A stretch of DNA of 64,000 nucleotides. Origin: Bdellovibrio sp. (lineage in GTDB: Bacteria; Bdellovibrionota; UBA1018). The position numbers were made by a program, and so were the translations under genes. Shown here piece by piece: positions 19,681-29,770 of the stretch (its first letter is position 1; the number at the start of each line of letters is the position of its first letter). Where the stretch lies: positions 7,492-71,491 of the forward strand of contig JACPOE010000015.1 in NCBI GenBank assembly GCA_016185105.1, given 5' to 3'. A model generated the notes under the pieces. The model was not told the origin of the DNA and did no database searches. It saw nothing but the letters and a program-made list of their open reading frames with translations.

Positions 19681-21054
19681 ATGCTCAGTCCACGGAAGGC
19701 TCTCTTTTTTACAGCCGCTTTCTGCTCATCACTTTCATCGGTGTGGGCAGCTGATTACCAACCAAACGAAGTGATCGTCAAGTACAAAGAAGGAATTGTC
19801 CGATCACGTTCAACCATGAACCAGATTTACAACAACGTTGGCGTAGTGAAGATTCATCGCTCAGGATTGTTTAGGGGTTTGGAACATCTTAACTTGGACG
19901 GAAACAAGACTGTCGAGCAAGTTGTTAGTGAGCTCAGACAAGACCCGACCGTTGAGTATGCTCAGCCAAATTACATTCTTCGCGCTCTTCCCATTGAAAC
20001 TCAGGCAAACGATACGCTTCCTGTAGCTGTCAATGGCGTCCCCTGTATTTTTCCAGGAATTCCCTTTCCTCCGGGATGTGATGACGGATCACAACCCACC
20101 ACACGGCCTGAATTGAAACCAGCTCCTGGAGAAGTGAATCCCCCAGTAGCAGATCCTGACCTTTCGAAGGCCTACGGGCTCGAAAAGGTTGGAGCTCCCC
20201 AAGCTTGGGCAATTCATCGCGGAGACAAGGCCTTTGTTGTCGCCGATATCGATACTGGCTTTGACTATAACCACACCGACCTCGCTGGAAACGTCTGGAG
20301 AAATCCGAACCCCTCCGACAAGAGCGACATTGCAGGCTTTGACTTTATTCATAATGATGGACTTCCTTATGATGATAACGGTCACGGCACTCACACGGCT
20401 GGCACCATTGGTGCCGTGGGTGGCAACGGCGTTGGAATTTCAGGTGTGATCCAGAAAGTCTCGATCATGTCTTTGAAGTTCCTCTCTGGACAGGGCAGTG
20501 GCACGACAGCTGACGCGATCAAGGCGATCGACTATGCTGTTGCTCATGGTGCTAAGATCTTGAGCAATAGCTGGGGCGGCAAAGGAGATCCAGACAACAA
20601 AGCTTTGGGCGACGCAATTGAACGTGCCAAAGAAAAGGATGTCCTATTTGTTGCGGCCGCTGGCAACGACGGCACGGATAATGACGGATCCAATCCTTCC
20701 TATCCGGCAGCTTTCCCGAACGATAACATGCTCTCTGTTGCGGCAACCAATAGCAGCGATATGATGGCATCGTTTTCTAACTATGGAAAGAAAACCACCC
20801 ACGTGGGTGCTCCAGGCGAAGCCGTTTACAGCCTCATGCCCGGCGACAAGTACAAGAACCTTTCAGGTACTTCCATGGCATGTCCTCACGTTGCAGGAGC
20901 AGCAGCCTTGCTCTGGTCCTACCATCCAAAATGGACTTACAAGCAGGTTAAGGAAGTCCTCATGAAGACAGTGGACCCACTCCCTGCCTTGGCAGAAAAG
21001 ACTGTCACTGGTGGTCGTATCAACGTATTTAAAGCCCTTCAGTCCGCGCTTTAA
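19681..21054 (+). CDS. secreted subtilisin-like serine protease (peptidase S8) with N-terminal propeptide
   Basis: 457 aa with a signal peptide (MLSPRKALFFTAAFCSSLSSVWA) and an I9-like propeptide (EVIVKYKEG...VEYAQPNY). The catalytic triad motifs are VADIDTG, HGTHTAG and GTSMACPHVAG. The RBS AAGGGGGA lies upstream. Confidence 0.92.
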   Translation: MLSPRKALFFTAAFCSSLSSVWAADYQPNEVIVKYKEGIVRSRSTMNQIYNNVGVVKIHRSGLFRGLEHLNLDGNKTVEQVVSELRQDPTVEYAQPNYILRALPIETQANDTLPVAVNGVPCIFPGIPFPPGCDDGSQPTTRPELKPAPGEVNPPVADPDLSKAYGLEKVGAPQAWAIHRGDKAFVVADIDTGFDYNHTDLAGNVWRNPNPSDKSDIAGFDFIHNDGLPYDDNGHGTHTAGTIGAVGGNGVGISGVIQKVSIMSLKFLSGQGSGTTADAIKAIDYAVAHGAKILSNSWGGKGDPDNKALGDAIERAKEKDVLFVAAAGNDGTDNDGSNPSYPAAFPNDNMLSVAATNSSDMMASFSNYGKKTTHVGAPGEAVYSLMPGDKYKNLSGTSMACPHVAGAAALLWSYHPKWTYKQVKEVLMKTVDPLPALAEKTVTGGRINVFKALQSAL

Positions 21055-21070
21055 AATCAATCGATCCTGC

Positions 21071-21098
21071 GATCCCTCTTAGTTCGCTAAGGGGGATC
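21071..21098. other. 12-bp stem hairpin with TTCG tetraloop, just after the protease stop
   Basis: GATCCCTCTTAG-TTCG-CTAAGGGGGATC, with one G-T wobble. It has no flanking T-run, so it may be a stabiliser or processing hairpin rather than a terminator. Confidence 0.5.
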
Positions 21099-21110
21099 GT
21101 GAATCGTAAC

Positions 21111-21150
21111 AAAAAAAAAGGGGAGACCTTGGTCTCCCCTTTTCCGTTTT
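21111..21150. terminator. bidirectional rho-independent terminator between the convergent protease gene and ftsZ
   Basis: AAAAAAAAA-GGGGAGACC-TT-GGTCTCCCC-TTTTCCGTTTT. A perfect 9-bp GC-rich stem is flanked by an A9 run on one side and a T-rich run on the other. Confidence 0.8.
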
Positions 21151-21166
21151 GGATGAAGACTAAGGA

Positions 21167-22609
21167 TTAGAGTTCTCGCTCCTGGTGCCTTCTCATGTAG
21201 GTAGGAATCTCAAACTCATCGTCAGTTAGGTTTGTAATTCCTAGACGCTGAGCAATCGCTCGAGCCCGCGCTAACTCAGAGTTCTCGTTTGGAATCCCAG
21301 CAGCAAGAGTGGAGTGAGATGCAGTCTGCAACTTCTCCTCTTGAATAGTTTGGGGCTTTGCTGCCAACATTGCAGCGTTTGGAGGAGGAACCTGCAACCC
21401 AAGCTGAGGGGCTGCCAAGTTGGGACTAACCAAAGGAACACCTACATTTGCCGGCATCTTAGCGAGATCGAGCTCATTCACTGGGATCCCCGCGATACCC
21501 GAAGCAACAGCAGGCGCAGCCTGATGAGCCTGACCCTGAGTTTGGGCCTGCACTTGGCTTTCAACAGGCTGTGTATTCAAGGTTAGAGCAGCCTCTTTTT
21601 GTTTTTTCTCCTGCTCAGCGGCCAAAACTGCAGCCGCAGTGGTATTCAAAGAATTTCCACCTAGTCCAGTTGCAATTACAGTCACCTTGACCCTGTCCTT
21701 CATGGATTCATCAATCACAGTTCCAAAGATAATTTCGGCATCCTCATGCGCAGCCTCCATAATCAAGGTAGTCGCCTCGTTTACCTCGTGAATCTTGAGG
21801 TTCGATCCTCCTGTAATATTGATGATGATCCCAGTTGCCCCATCAATGGTGATGTCTTCCAAAAGAGGACTGGAAATCGCATTTGTAGCGGCTTCAACAG
21901 AACGGTGTTCGCCTTCTCCGAACCCAATCCCCATCAAAGCAAGACCCTTATTTTGCATAATTGTTTTCACATCAGCAAAATCGCTATTGATCAGTCCGGT
22001 GTGATTGATCAGGTCTGAAATCCCTTGAACTGCATTCAACAGGACTTCGTCGGCTCTTTTGAAGGCTTCTACCATTGAAAGCGTCGCGCCCGAAATCGCA
22101 AGAAGCCTCTGATTCGGAATGGTGATGAGAGAATCCACACTTTCTCTCAAGTGCATCATGCCCAACTCAGCGTGGCGCATTCTCTTTTTTCCCTCGAACA
22201 TAAAGGGCTTAGTTACAACGCCAACGGTCAGAGCACCCACTTCTTTTGCAATCTTCGCAAAAACGGGAGCCGCCCCTGTCCCCGTTCCGCCTCCCATTCC
22301 CGCCGTGATAAAGACCATATCCGAGCCAGAAAGCAGCTCTGAAATTTTTGCATAGTCTTCCAAAGCTGCTTTTCGACCTACTTCAGGATTTGCTCCGGCC
22401 CCTAATCCTTTTGTCAACTCCTGGCCAATTGCTAATTTCACTGGGGCTAAGGAAGCATCGAGCGCCTGCTTGTCCGTATTCGCTGTAATAAACTCCACAC
22501 CGTCTAAACCGGTCCGAATCATGGTGTTTACAGCATTGCAGCCGCTGCCTCCTACGCCCACTACCTTGATCTTCGCTCCTTGTGACACCAATTGATCAAT
22601 TTCAAACAT
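21167..22609 (-). CDS. ftsZ: cell division protein FtsZ
   Basis: 480 aa with the tubulin signature [11 protein letters not shown], a long A/Q/P-rich linker, and the conserved C-terminal peptide [12 protein letters not shown]. Confidence 0.97.
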   Translation of the reverse strand: MFEIDQLVSQGAKIKVVGVGGSGCNAVNTMIRTGLDGVEFITANTDKQALDASLAPVKLAIGQELTKGLGAGANPEVGRKAALEDYAKISELLSGSDMVFITAGMGGGTGTGAAPVFAKIAKEVGALTVGVVTKPFMFEGKKRMRHAELGMMHLRESVDSLITIPNQRLLAISGATLSMVEAFKRADEVLLNAVQGISDLINHTGLINSDFADVKTIMQNKGLALMGIGFGEGEHRSVEAATNAISSPLLEDITIDGATGIIINITGGSNLKIHEVNEATTLIMEAAHEDAEIIFGTVIDESMKDRVKVTVIATGLGGNSLNTTAAAVLAAEQEKKQKEAALTLNTQPVESQVQAQTQGQAHQAAPAVASGIAGIPVNELDLAKMPANVGVPLVSPNLAAPQLGLQVPPPNAAMLAAKPQTIQEEKLQTASHSTLAAGIPNENSELARARAIAQRLGITNLTDDEFEIPTYMRRHQEREL

Positions 22610-22670
22610 ATTATTTTGTTATCCTCTTTGTACAGTCCCGCCTCTAAAAGCCGGGAAGGTTGAGCTAAGA

Positions 22671-23642
22671 TTAAAAAAGATCTCTAATCCAGGTGGTCAT
22701 CGATCCGCGCATTTTGTCGTAAATATTTTGTTCGCGGATCGGGAATCGGGTTTTCGCAATAGTCTTAGCGCCATATTTCAAGAGTCCGACTCCTGCAGCA
22801 TACTTCGGGGAATTTACGACATCCTTTAACCCACCGATCTCTGAGGGAAACCCTCTTCTGACTGGCAAATCAAAAATATACTTTGCCAGCTCCGGCATTC
22901 CTCTGAGTAAGGTCGCTCCACCTGTGATGACTATTCCCGCTGCAAGGAGCTCTTGTTGTCCTAATTTAAATATTTCTTGTTTGATAATAAGTAACATTTC
23001 TTCGACCCGCGGCTCTATGATCTCAGCCAAAAATCTTTTTGATAAGATTCTCGGACCATCAATAACACCCTGAACCTCGATGGTTTCATCCGCTTTAACC
23101 AATGACGAAATACAATACCCGTGCTGAATCTTTAGAACCTCTGCCTCTTTCGGTGCCACCCTAAGTCCGACTGCAATATCATTCGTGACGTGAGTTCCTC
23201 CGAAAGGAAGACTCACGGAATGAAGCAGCTGCCCCTCTTTGAATACGCCGATGTCACAGCTGCCGCCTCCGAGATCAACCAACGCAACTCCTCGTCTTTT
23301 TTCGTCATCTGAAAGGACCGCCTCGGCCGCAGCTAAAGGCTCCGGACAAATTCCAGCAATAGAAAAACCGAGAGACCGTAGCTGCTCACCAGCCGTACCC
23401 GTAAACACTTCCGAAATGCGAACACCTGCCATCAACTCGGCCTCTTGAATGGCTTTATGGACACCCTCGAGGGTAGCTTCTACATTGACGAATTTTCTTT
23501 TCTTCAGACCCGGAGATGGGCCTCTGGAGAAACCAATCATTTCCACTTTAGGCTCGGCACTCTCATCTACCAAGCGCCCGATTGCACAGCAGATCTTAGT
23601 TGTGCCAATATCAATTCCGGCCACTACATCCTTTTTGGACAT
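22671..23642 (-). CDS. ftsA: cell division protein FtsA, unusually short (subdomain 1C region missing)
   Basis: Actin-fold motifs GIDIGTTK, LVDLGGGSCDI and ITGGATLLRGM, plus the C-terminal amphipathic helix GSMTTWIRDLF. I chose the ATG at 23642 (MSKKDV), preceded by AGGAGA, which gives 323 aa; the maximal ORF of 344 aa starts at 23705. Canonical FtsA is about 410-420 aa. Confidence 0.85.
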   Translation of the reverse strand: MSKKDVVAGIDIGTTKICCAIGRLVDESAEPKVEMIGFSRGPSPGLKKRKFVNVEATLEGVHKAIQEAELMAGVRISEVFTGTAGEQLRSLGFSIAGICPEPLAAAEAVLSDDEKRRGVALVDLGGGSCDIGVFKEGQLLHSVSLPFGGTHVTNDIAVGLRVAPKEAEVLKIQHGYCISSLVKADETIEVQGVIDGPRILSKRFLAEIIEPRVEEMLLIIKQEIFKLGQQELLAAGIVITGGATLLRGMPELAKYIFDLPVRRGFPSEIGGLKDVVNSPKYAAGVGLLKYGAKTIAKTRFPIREQNIYDKMRGSMTTWIRDLF

Positions 23643-23727
23643 CTGCTGTCTCCTCATTGAGCCCGAAGCTCGGTGGGTGCGTTCACAAGGTCGTAAAATC
23701 GGCAAATATTGCCGGTTTAATTAAATT

Positions 23728-24552
23728 CTAAGAAGCATACGGAATTTTGACAACTACCTTTTTTCCTTGATCAATAGAGATTCGACGCGTAGCAATATAA
23801 TTTCTACTCAAATAGGAAATTACTCGATTCAAATTATCCAGCTGACTCTTGAGTTGAACAAACTCTATTGAATGACCAAAATTAACCATGGCTCTTACAT
23901 GTTTGATCTCGTTTTTAACTGGGTAAACAACAAGACCTTGAAAGCCATGCTCAGAGTCCCACTGCAGGGACGAGAGCAGAGTAAATCGACTCAACTCAGA
24001 GCGCTCCCATTCTTCAATGAGGCGCACGCCCTCTCTCAAACGATCCCTGTCTTTAGGATCAAAGCCACTAAAAAAAGGAAGATTTCTTTGTGTCAATAAG
24101 TTGACACTACCAAAAACCAGCCCCGATCGATCGACGTAAGCAAGTTTCCCTTTTTTAAGCTGCAAGTAGGCTTTAGGTTCACGGAAGGTGACCTTTATTT
24201 TTAAAGTGTGAGGAAACATTTTCTTAAGATCAATGTCTTCGATCCATTCACTTCTCATTAGATTTTTTTCAATCACCGGAAAATCTAGTTTCACCAAACC
24301 GATCCGCCCGACAGGAATTTGGGAAAGGGAAATCACTTCATCATCTTGAAGCTCTGCGCGCTGCCCAGGATGGGAGACATCGATGCTTTGAAGTTCAAAA
24401 AGATGAGAACTAGCCGCCGTCTTTCCAATCCAAATCAACCCCAAGACTGCGGCAAGAGATATCCCAAGCGCGGAGACTCTGCCCACAGTTCTAGCCGAAA
24501 CAAACTCTTTGATCCTTGCGGTCACCTGCAGCAGTCCTTGCTTGAGTTTCAT
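23728..24552 (-). CDS. ftsQ: cell division protein FtsQ
   Basis: A bitopic protein with an N-terminal TM helix (VSALGISLAAVLGLIWIG) followed by POTRA-like and FtsQ-type beta domains. It sits directly upstream of ftsA. I chose the ATG at 24552, preceded by GAGGGG; the maximal ORF starts at a TTG at 24579. Confidence 0.8.
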   Translation of the reverse strand: MKLKQGLLQVTARIKEFVSARTVGRVSALGISLAAVLGLIWIGKTAASSHLFELQSIDVSHPGQRAELQDDEVISLSQIPVGRIGLVKLDFPVIEKNLMRSEWIEDIDLKKMFPHTLKIKVTFREPKAYLQLKKGKLAYVDRSGLVFGSVNLLTQRNLPFFSGFDPKDRDRLREGVRLIEEWERSELSRFTLLSSLQWDSEHGFQGLVVYPVKNEIKHVRAMVNFGHSIEFVQLKSQLDNLNRVISYLSRNYIATRRISIDQGKKVVVKIPYAS

Positions 24553-24667
24553 TTCCCGCCCCTCATTACCCACCGGCAATTCACTGATTGATTCATGTCT
24601 TACATAATTCTATCAGTCCCAGAAAAATTGTGCGATTCATATAAATACAGCTCTGAAAGGATCCACA

Positions 24668-26023
24668 ATGCTACACTCGTCACTACTGATTCCCAGTTTA
24701 CTAACACTCCTTTTTTCCGGGTTTTCATTGGGATTTGCGTCGGTCCCGACGGGCTCCCATCAAGTCCTTCCTTTTGTTGGTTCCTTTCAGGTTCACCGTT
24801 TTTCTCTTGAAAATGGCCTGAAGATTCTGATTGTTGAAGACCACTCCTCCCCTACCTTTGCCTATCAAACTTGGTTTGATGTCGGTTCTAGAAATGAAAC
24901 CCCTGGCAAAACGGGACTTGCCCATCTTTTTGAACATATGATGTTTAAGGGGACGAAAAAATACAAAGACGATCAATTTGATAAATTGTTAGAACAGGCC
25001 GGAGTCCAGGGAGAAAATGCTTTTACAAGCCGAGACTTCACAGTCTACGTTCAGGAGCTGCCTACGAAAAAGCTAAGACTGATTGCCGAACTTGAGGCTG
25101 ACCGTATGCGGAATCTGATTGTCGATGATCATGGGTTCGCCACTGAAAAAGGTGTGGTTGAAAACGAGAGAAAGTTTCGGAATGAAAATAACCCTGAAGG
25201 CATTTTAGACCAGCACCTCTACGAACTGGCCTTTACCAAACACCCTTATCGATGGCCGATTGTAGGCTACGAGGACGACCTCAAAAAAATGACCTCGGCT
25301 GAAGCCAGAGACTTTTACCAGACCCACTACGCTCCCAATCACGCCACCCTCATCATCTCAGGAGATGTAGACGCCGAAAAAACCTATCACCTAATTAAGG
25401 ATGTTTATGGCGAGATTCCGAAAGGTTCTGATCGGCCTCCCGTCCTGGTTTCAGAGCCCAAAAGGGAGACTCCAAAGTCGAAAAAACTGAAACTGAATGT
25501 TCAGGTTGAAAAGCTATTTTTTGCCTTTCCTGTGCCCGCTTTTACTCACGATGACATCCCTGCATTGCAGGTCCTCCAAAACATCCTCACCGCCGGGCGG
25601 AGCAGCCGCTTAAGCCGGGCACTCGTCGACGGAGGAATAGCAACGTCTGCCGATGCTTTCGATCTCGAATCCAAGGATCCTGGTCTGTTCACCTTTATGA
25701 TCAGCATGCAAAAAGGAAAGACCTCGGAACAAGCAAAAGCAGTCTTACTTCGTGAAATTGAACGCCTCAAATCCCACCCTGTATCAGCCGAAGAACTTCA
25801 GAGAGTCCGTAATAAACTGGCGTTTGAGTTTTTCGACAGCTTGGCCTCTAATTCCAGAAAAACAGGAGTGCTTGGAAGCTATGAAACTCTAACCGGTGAC
25901 TTTCAAATTGGATTGAAAATCAGAGCACGAATGCAAACGGTCACTGCCAAAGACATTCAAAGAGTCGCGAAGATGTATCTTAACCCAAAGCTCGGAGTTT
26001 CCGTAACGGGAGTCCCTAAATGA
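24668..26023 (+). CDS. M16 family zinc peptidase (pitrilysin-like, catalytic subunit), secreted
   Basis: 451 aa with a signal peptide and the inverted zinc motif HxxEH in GLAHLFEHMMFKGT, with downstream ENE/NAFT elements. Confidence 0.9.
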   Translation: MLHSSLLIPSLLTLLFSGFSLGFASVPTGSHQVLPFVGSFQVHRFSLENGLKILIVEDHSSPTFAYQTWFDVGSRNETPGKTGLAHLFEHMMFKGTKKYKDDQFDKLLEQAGVQGENAFTSRDFTVYVQELPTKKLRLIAELEADRMRNLIVDDHGFATEKGVVENERKFRNENNPEGILDQHLYELAFTKHPYRWPIVGYEDDLKKMTSAEARDFYQTHYAPNHATLIISGDVDAEKTYHLIKDVYGEIPKGSDRPPVLVSEPKRETPKSKKLKLNVQVEKLFFAFPVPAFTHDDIPALQVLQNILTAGRSSRLSRALVDGGIATSADAFDLESKDPGLFTFMISMQKGKTSEQAKAVLLREIERLKSHPVSAEELQRVRNKLAFEFFDSLASNSRKTGVLGSYETLTGDFQIGLKIRARMQTVTAKDIQRVAKMYLNPKLGVSVTGVPK

Positions 26024-27384
26024 ATATCTGGAAATTTTATGTTCTTACCTTGGCTATTTTCTCGGTATCGGCATCCGCTTACGAAGTTTCGTTTGAGAAG
26101 GACACCGCACTTCCAATTGTTCGTCTGAATGTCGCTATCCGCGCTGGATCCGTCAATGATCCTGTAGGAAAGTCGGGTGCTACTGCGCTTTTGGCCGAGA
26201 TCCTGCTCAGAGGAACCCGATCAAAATCAAAACAACAAATTGATGCAGCGTTAGATCAACTTGGTGCCAGGCTTGAGACTGATGCTCGAGCTGAATTCAC
26301 TACTCTGCGAGGGGCCGTCCTATCGGATAAATTGGATGCTTATCTGGATCTGCTTGAGGAGATTCTAACTGAGCCCAGGTTTTCCGAAGTGGAGATTGGA
26401 AAGCTCAAAGATCAAGCGATTTCAGCAATTCAAGATCAATTGGGACGAGACGACGAGCTCGGAAATCGAGCCTTTACACGTTTTTTACTTAAGGGACATC
26501 CTTATGGAAACCCTGTGTATGGAACGACCAAAAGTATCAGGGCGCTGAGCCGTAAGGATCTGATTGCTCAGTATCATCGTGTCCTTCGAAGTGAGCTTCT
26601 GTTGGTACTAGGCAGTGGAGATGCAGATCCGGAGCGAATCAAGCGATGGACTGAAAAAGTCGCAAAAAAATGCGCTCAGTACGAGCTTACACCCGACGAT
26701 CGGAAGCTAATCGCTCCCGTGCAGCCTCCGCAGGGAGATGGTTCTTTCAGGGTTCAAATTGTAGATAAGCCCGAACGGACCCAAACCCAGATCTCCGGTG
26801 GCCAAATTGGGATCACCATGACTCATCCAGACTATATGGCTCTTTACGTTGCAAATCATGCCTTTGGAGGTGACTCCTTCTTTGCGACTCTGATGACAGA
26901 AATCCGGGTGAAACGCGGGTGGAGTTACGGTGCCAGCAGTGGCTTTAGGCAAGGATCCCAACCTCGGTCCTGGCACTTTCACTTATACCCTGCCGCCAAA
27001 GACACACCGGCTGCGCTCGCTCTCACCCTGGAGCTGGTCAAAAATTTAAAAAACAAAGGGCTTTCAGAAGAGTCATTTAACTTTGCTAAACAGAGCCTGA
27101 TTAATAATTCCGGCTTCATGTACGACACTCCCGCCAAGCGAGTCGAAAATAAACTCCTTGAAAAGGTGCTCCAGCTTCCTGATGGATTTATGAAGTCTTA
27201 TCAATCAAAGATTGAAAACGTAACCTTTGCGCAGGCAAACCGGGCGATGAATCGTTTTTTAAACCCTGAAAAACTTGCAATCAGTATCGTCGGGACGGCC
27301 GCTGAGATCAAAGGGCCAGTGTCTAAGGTTCTTCAAATTCCTGAAGATTCGATCATGGTCGAAAAATATACCAATGAAGACTAA
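26020..27384 (+). CDS. M16 family peptidase-like protein (non-catalytic partner; HxxEH absent)
   Basis: 454 aa with a signal peptide and the M16 fold, but the zinc-motif position reads ALLAEILLRGT. It overlaps the upstream M16 gene by 4 nt. Confidence 0.85.
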   Translation: MNIWKFYVLTLAIFSVSASAYEVSFEKDTALPIVRLNVAIRAGSVNDPVGKSGATALLAEILLRGTRSKSKQQIDAALDQLGARLETDARAEFTTLRGAVLSDKLDAYLDLLEEILTEPRFSEVEIGKLKDQAISAIQDQLGRDDELGNRAFTRFLLKGHPYGNPVYGTTKSIRALSRKDLIAQYHRVLRSELLLVLGSGDADPERIKRWTEKVAKKCAQYELTPDDRKLIAPVQPPQGDGSFRVQIVDKPERTQTQISGGQIGITMTHPDYMALYVANHAFGGDSFFATLMTEIRVKRGWSYGASSGFRQGSQPRSWHFHLYPAAKDTPAALALTLELVKNLKNKGLSEESFNFAKQSLINNSGFMYDTPAKRVENKLLEKVLQLPDGFMKSYQSKIENVTFAQANRAMNRFLNPEKLAISIVGTAAEIKGPVSKVLQIPEDSIMVEKYTNED

Positions 27385-27405
27385 CTTGGAAACTCTGAGG
27401 CAGCT

Positions 27406-28341
27406 CTATTCCAGATAGATCACCTCCTCTTCAAGGTCGATCCCTAGCTCGGCTCTCGCCTTGGTTTTTGCAAGCCAGATCAATGATCGAACATCGACTG
27501 CTTTGGCATTGCCCAAGTTCAAAATGAAGTTCGAGTGTTTTTCAGAAAACTGAGCGCCACCGATAATCTGTCCTCGAAGGCCAAGCTTATCCACGACTTG
27601 CCACGCGGATAGCCCTGAGCTCTTTGGATTTTTAAAAACACTTCCACAGCTAGGATAGTCCAAAGGCTGAGTCGATTTTCTACGGGTAAGAATTTCCTGA
27701 ATTTTATTCTTAACAGTCTCGGGATCGCCACGAGAAACAGCCCATTCGATCTCCCACACGAAGTCCCCCGGTTTAAGAAAAAAGTTCCTCCGATAGGTGA
27801 ACTGAAGATCTTCCCCCTCGTAATGAACAAGTTCTGCCCAGGGCCATGCTGAAACTGAATAGACACTAACCTTGCGTACCTGATCTACGGCCTCACCTAG
27901 GTGAGTCCCGGCATTCATCCGAACTACCCCTCCTAAGAGACCGGGAACTCCTGTTAAAAACTCAAGCCCAGTCCATCCTTCAGCGCTGCACTTTCTGAGC
28001 AGCGTAGAGACCGGCACACTTGCTCCGGTGCGCAATCTTAGACTTTCGCCTTCTCCAACTAGTTCGGTCTTAAGATTTAGCTTATTGCCGCGAATGACAA
28101 CCCCATCAAAACCAAGGTCGGAAGCCAAAAGATTGCTCCCCTGACCCATGATAAAAAACCGAGATTGGGTCTCAAAAATCGCTTGGGCCAAAATCTTCAA
28201 ATCTTCCAAAGTTTTTGGAATAGCCAGGACCTGGGCTGGTCCACCAATCCTGAAATAGGTGTGTTTTGCTAGAGGCTCATCAAAAAGAAGATCTCCGCCG
28301 AACGTAGTGCCGTGCGTTTGAAACCATTCTTTGATCTTCAT
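27406..28341 (-). CDS. murB: UDP-N-acetylenolpyruvoylglucosamine reductase
   Basis: 311 aa with the FAD-binding region TYFRIGGPA...GQGSNLL, followed by SCGSVFKNP and FSEKHSNFILN. Confidence 0.93.
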   Translation of the reverse strand: MKIKEWFQTHGTTFGGDLLFDEPLAKHTYFRIGGPAQVLAIPKTLEDLKILAQAIFETQSRFFIMGQGSNLLASDLGFDGVVIRGNKLNLKTELVGEGESLRLRTGASVPVSTLLRKCSAEGWTGLEFLTGVPGLLGGVVRMNAGTHLGEAVDQVRKVSVYSVSAWPWAELVHYEGEDLQFTYRRNFFLKPGDFVWEIEWAVSRGDPETVKNKIQEILTRRKSTQPLDYPSCGSVFKNPKSSGLSAWQVVDKLGLRGQIIGGAQFSEKHSNFILNLGNAKAVDVRSLIWLAKTKARAELGIDLEEEVIYLE

Positions 28342-29759
28342 TTTTCGATCTCATGTGGAATCAATTGATCGGGCAAGCGCGTAATAGATCCCGCACCTAA
28401 ACAGAGAACCAGATCATTTTCTTTGAAAATTCCAGCCACATGACTTTTAGCTCCGCTTAAATCTCCCACATAGAAAATTTCCTGTCCCGGCCGTGCAGTC
28501 TTTTTCATCTCGCCAACCAGAGAACTCGAATCCACCCCTGGAATAGGGTCCTCGCCTGCACCATAAATGTCAGTCACCAAAACCACGTCACTCAATAGGA
28601 AAGCCGTTAGAAAACCATCCTTACAATGAAGAGTCCGGGAATACCGATGCGGCTGAAAGACTGTAATAATTCTTCCAGGCCAATAGCTCCGAGCCGCCTC
28701 CAAAGTTGCAGTAATTTCTACCGGATGATGGCCGTAGTCATCTACAATGGCTCGTGAATTCTTGGAGTCTTTCCAACGCAAATCAAATCGCCTTTTCACA
28801 CCCCTAAACTGCTTCAACCCAAGAACGATTGAACTAAACGGAATCTCCAACTGAAGCGCAATAGCAATACACGCGAGTGCATTAAGCACATTATGTTTGC
28901 CCGGAACGGACAACAAAACTTCACCCAAGAGCTCATGCTCCGATTTCTTCAACCCTTTTTGGGCGGCCACTCTATGAAAGACTTGAAATTTAGACCCAAA
29001 ACCTCCGCAGCTCACATCAGTTGCATAAATATCCCAGTCGGCCGAGAATCCATACGTAAGAAATGGCTTGGTCCAACGGTCCATGCACCGCTTTACACCC
29101 GCATCCTCACCACAAATTACGGCTACACCATAGAAAGGCAGTTTTCCCACAAACTTTACAAAAGCTTCTTCAATCGCACTCAAACTGCCGTAGTGATCAA
29201 GATGGTCATTATCAATGTTCGTAATAATGCCAAACGTCGCTGGAAGCTGAAGGAAAGAGCCATCGCTTTCGTCGGCCTCGGCTACTAGATAGTTACCGCT
29301 TCCAAGCTTGGCATTTCCACCCAATGAATCGACTTTGCCTCCAATCACTAGAGTGGGATCCAAACCCGCGTGGGTCAAAATAGTAGCTAACATTGAAGTT
29401 GTAGTTGTTTTCCCATGAGTCCCTGCAACTGCGATTCCGACCCTTCCGCGCATCAGCTCAGCCAACATTTCAGCTCGAGGAATAACGGGTATCAGAGCGG
29501 ATTTAGCAGCGAGGACCTCTGGATTAGTTGCCTTCACCGCCGAGGACACCACAACAACGTGAGCACCTTGAACGTTTTCCGAACGATGCCCAATAAAAAT
29601 TTTTGCACCCAGTTCCGCTAGCCTCCGAGTGCTCTCAGACTCTACCAGATCTGAACCCACGACCTTATAGCCCTGGTTCAAAAACACTTCGGCAATTCCA
29701 CTCATTCCAATTCCGCCAATTCCGACGAAGTGTAAAATCGTATCTTCTTTCTTAAACAT
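28338..29759 (-). CDS. murC: UDP-N-acetylmuramate--L-alanine ligase
   Basis: 473 aa with HFVGIGGIGMSGIAEV and the P-loop AGTHGKTTTTSM. It overlaps the murB start by 4 nt. Confidence 0.95.
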   Translation of the reverse strand: MFKKEDTILHFVGIGGIGMSGIAEVFLNQGYKVVGSDLVESESTRRLAELGAKIFIGHRSENVQGAHVVVVSSAVKATNPEVLAAKSALIPVIPRAEMLAELMRGRVGIAVAGTHGKTTTTSMLATILTHAGLDPTLVIGGKVDSLGGNAKLGSGNYLVAEADESDGSFLQLPATFGIITNIDNDHLDHYGSLSAIEEAFVKFVGKLPFYGVAVICGEDAGVKRCMDRWTKPFLTYGFSADWDIYATDVSCGGFGSKFQVFHRVAAQKGLKKSEHELLGEVLLSVPGKHNVLNALACIAIALQLEIPFSSIVLGLKQFRGVKRRFDLRWKDSKNSRAIVDDYGHHPVEITATLEAARSYWPGRIITVFQPHRYSRTLHCKDGFLTAFLLSDVVLVTDIYGAGEDPIPGVDSSSLVGEMKKTARPGQEIFYVGDLSGAKSHVAGIFKENDLVLCLGAGSITRLPDQLIPHEIEK

Positions 29760-29770
29760 CTGATCCTCTT

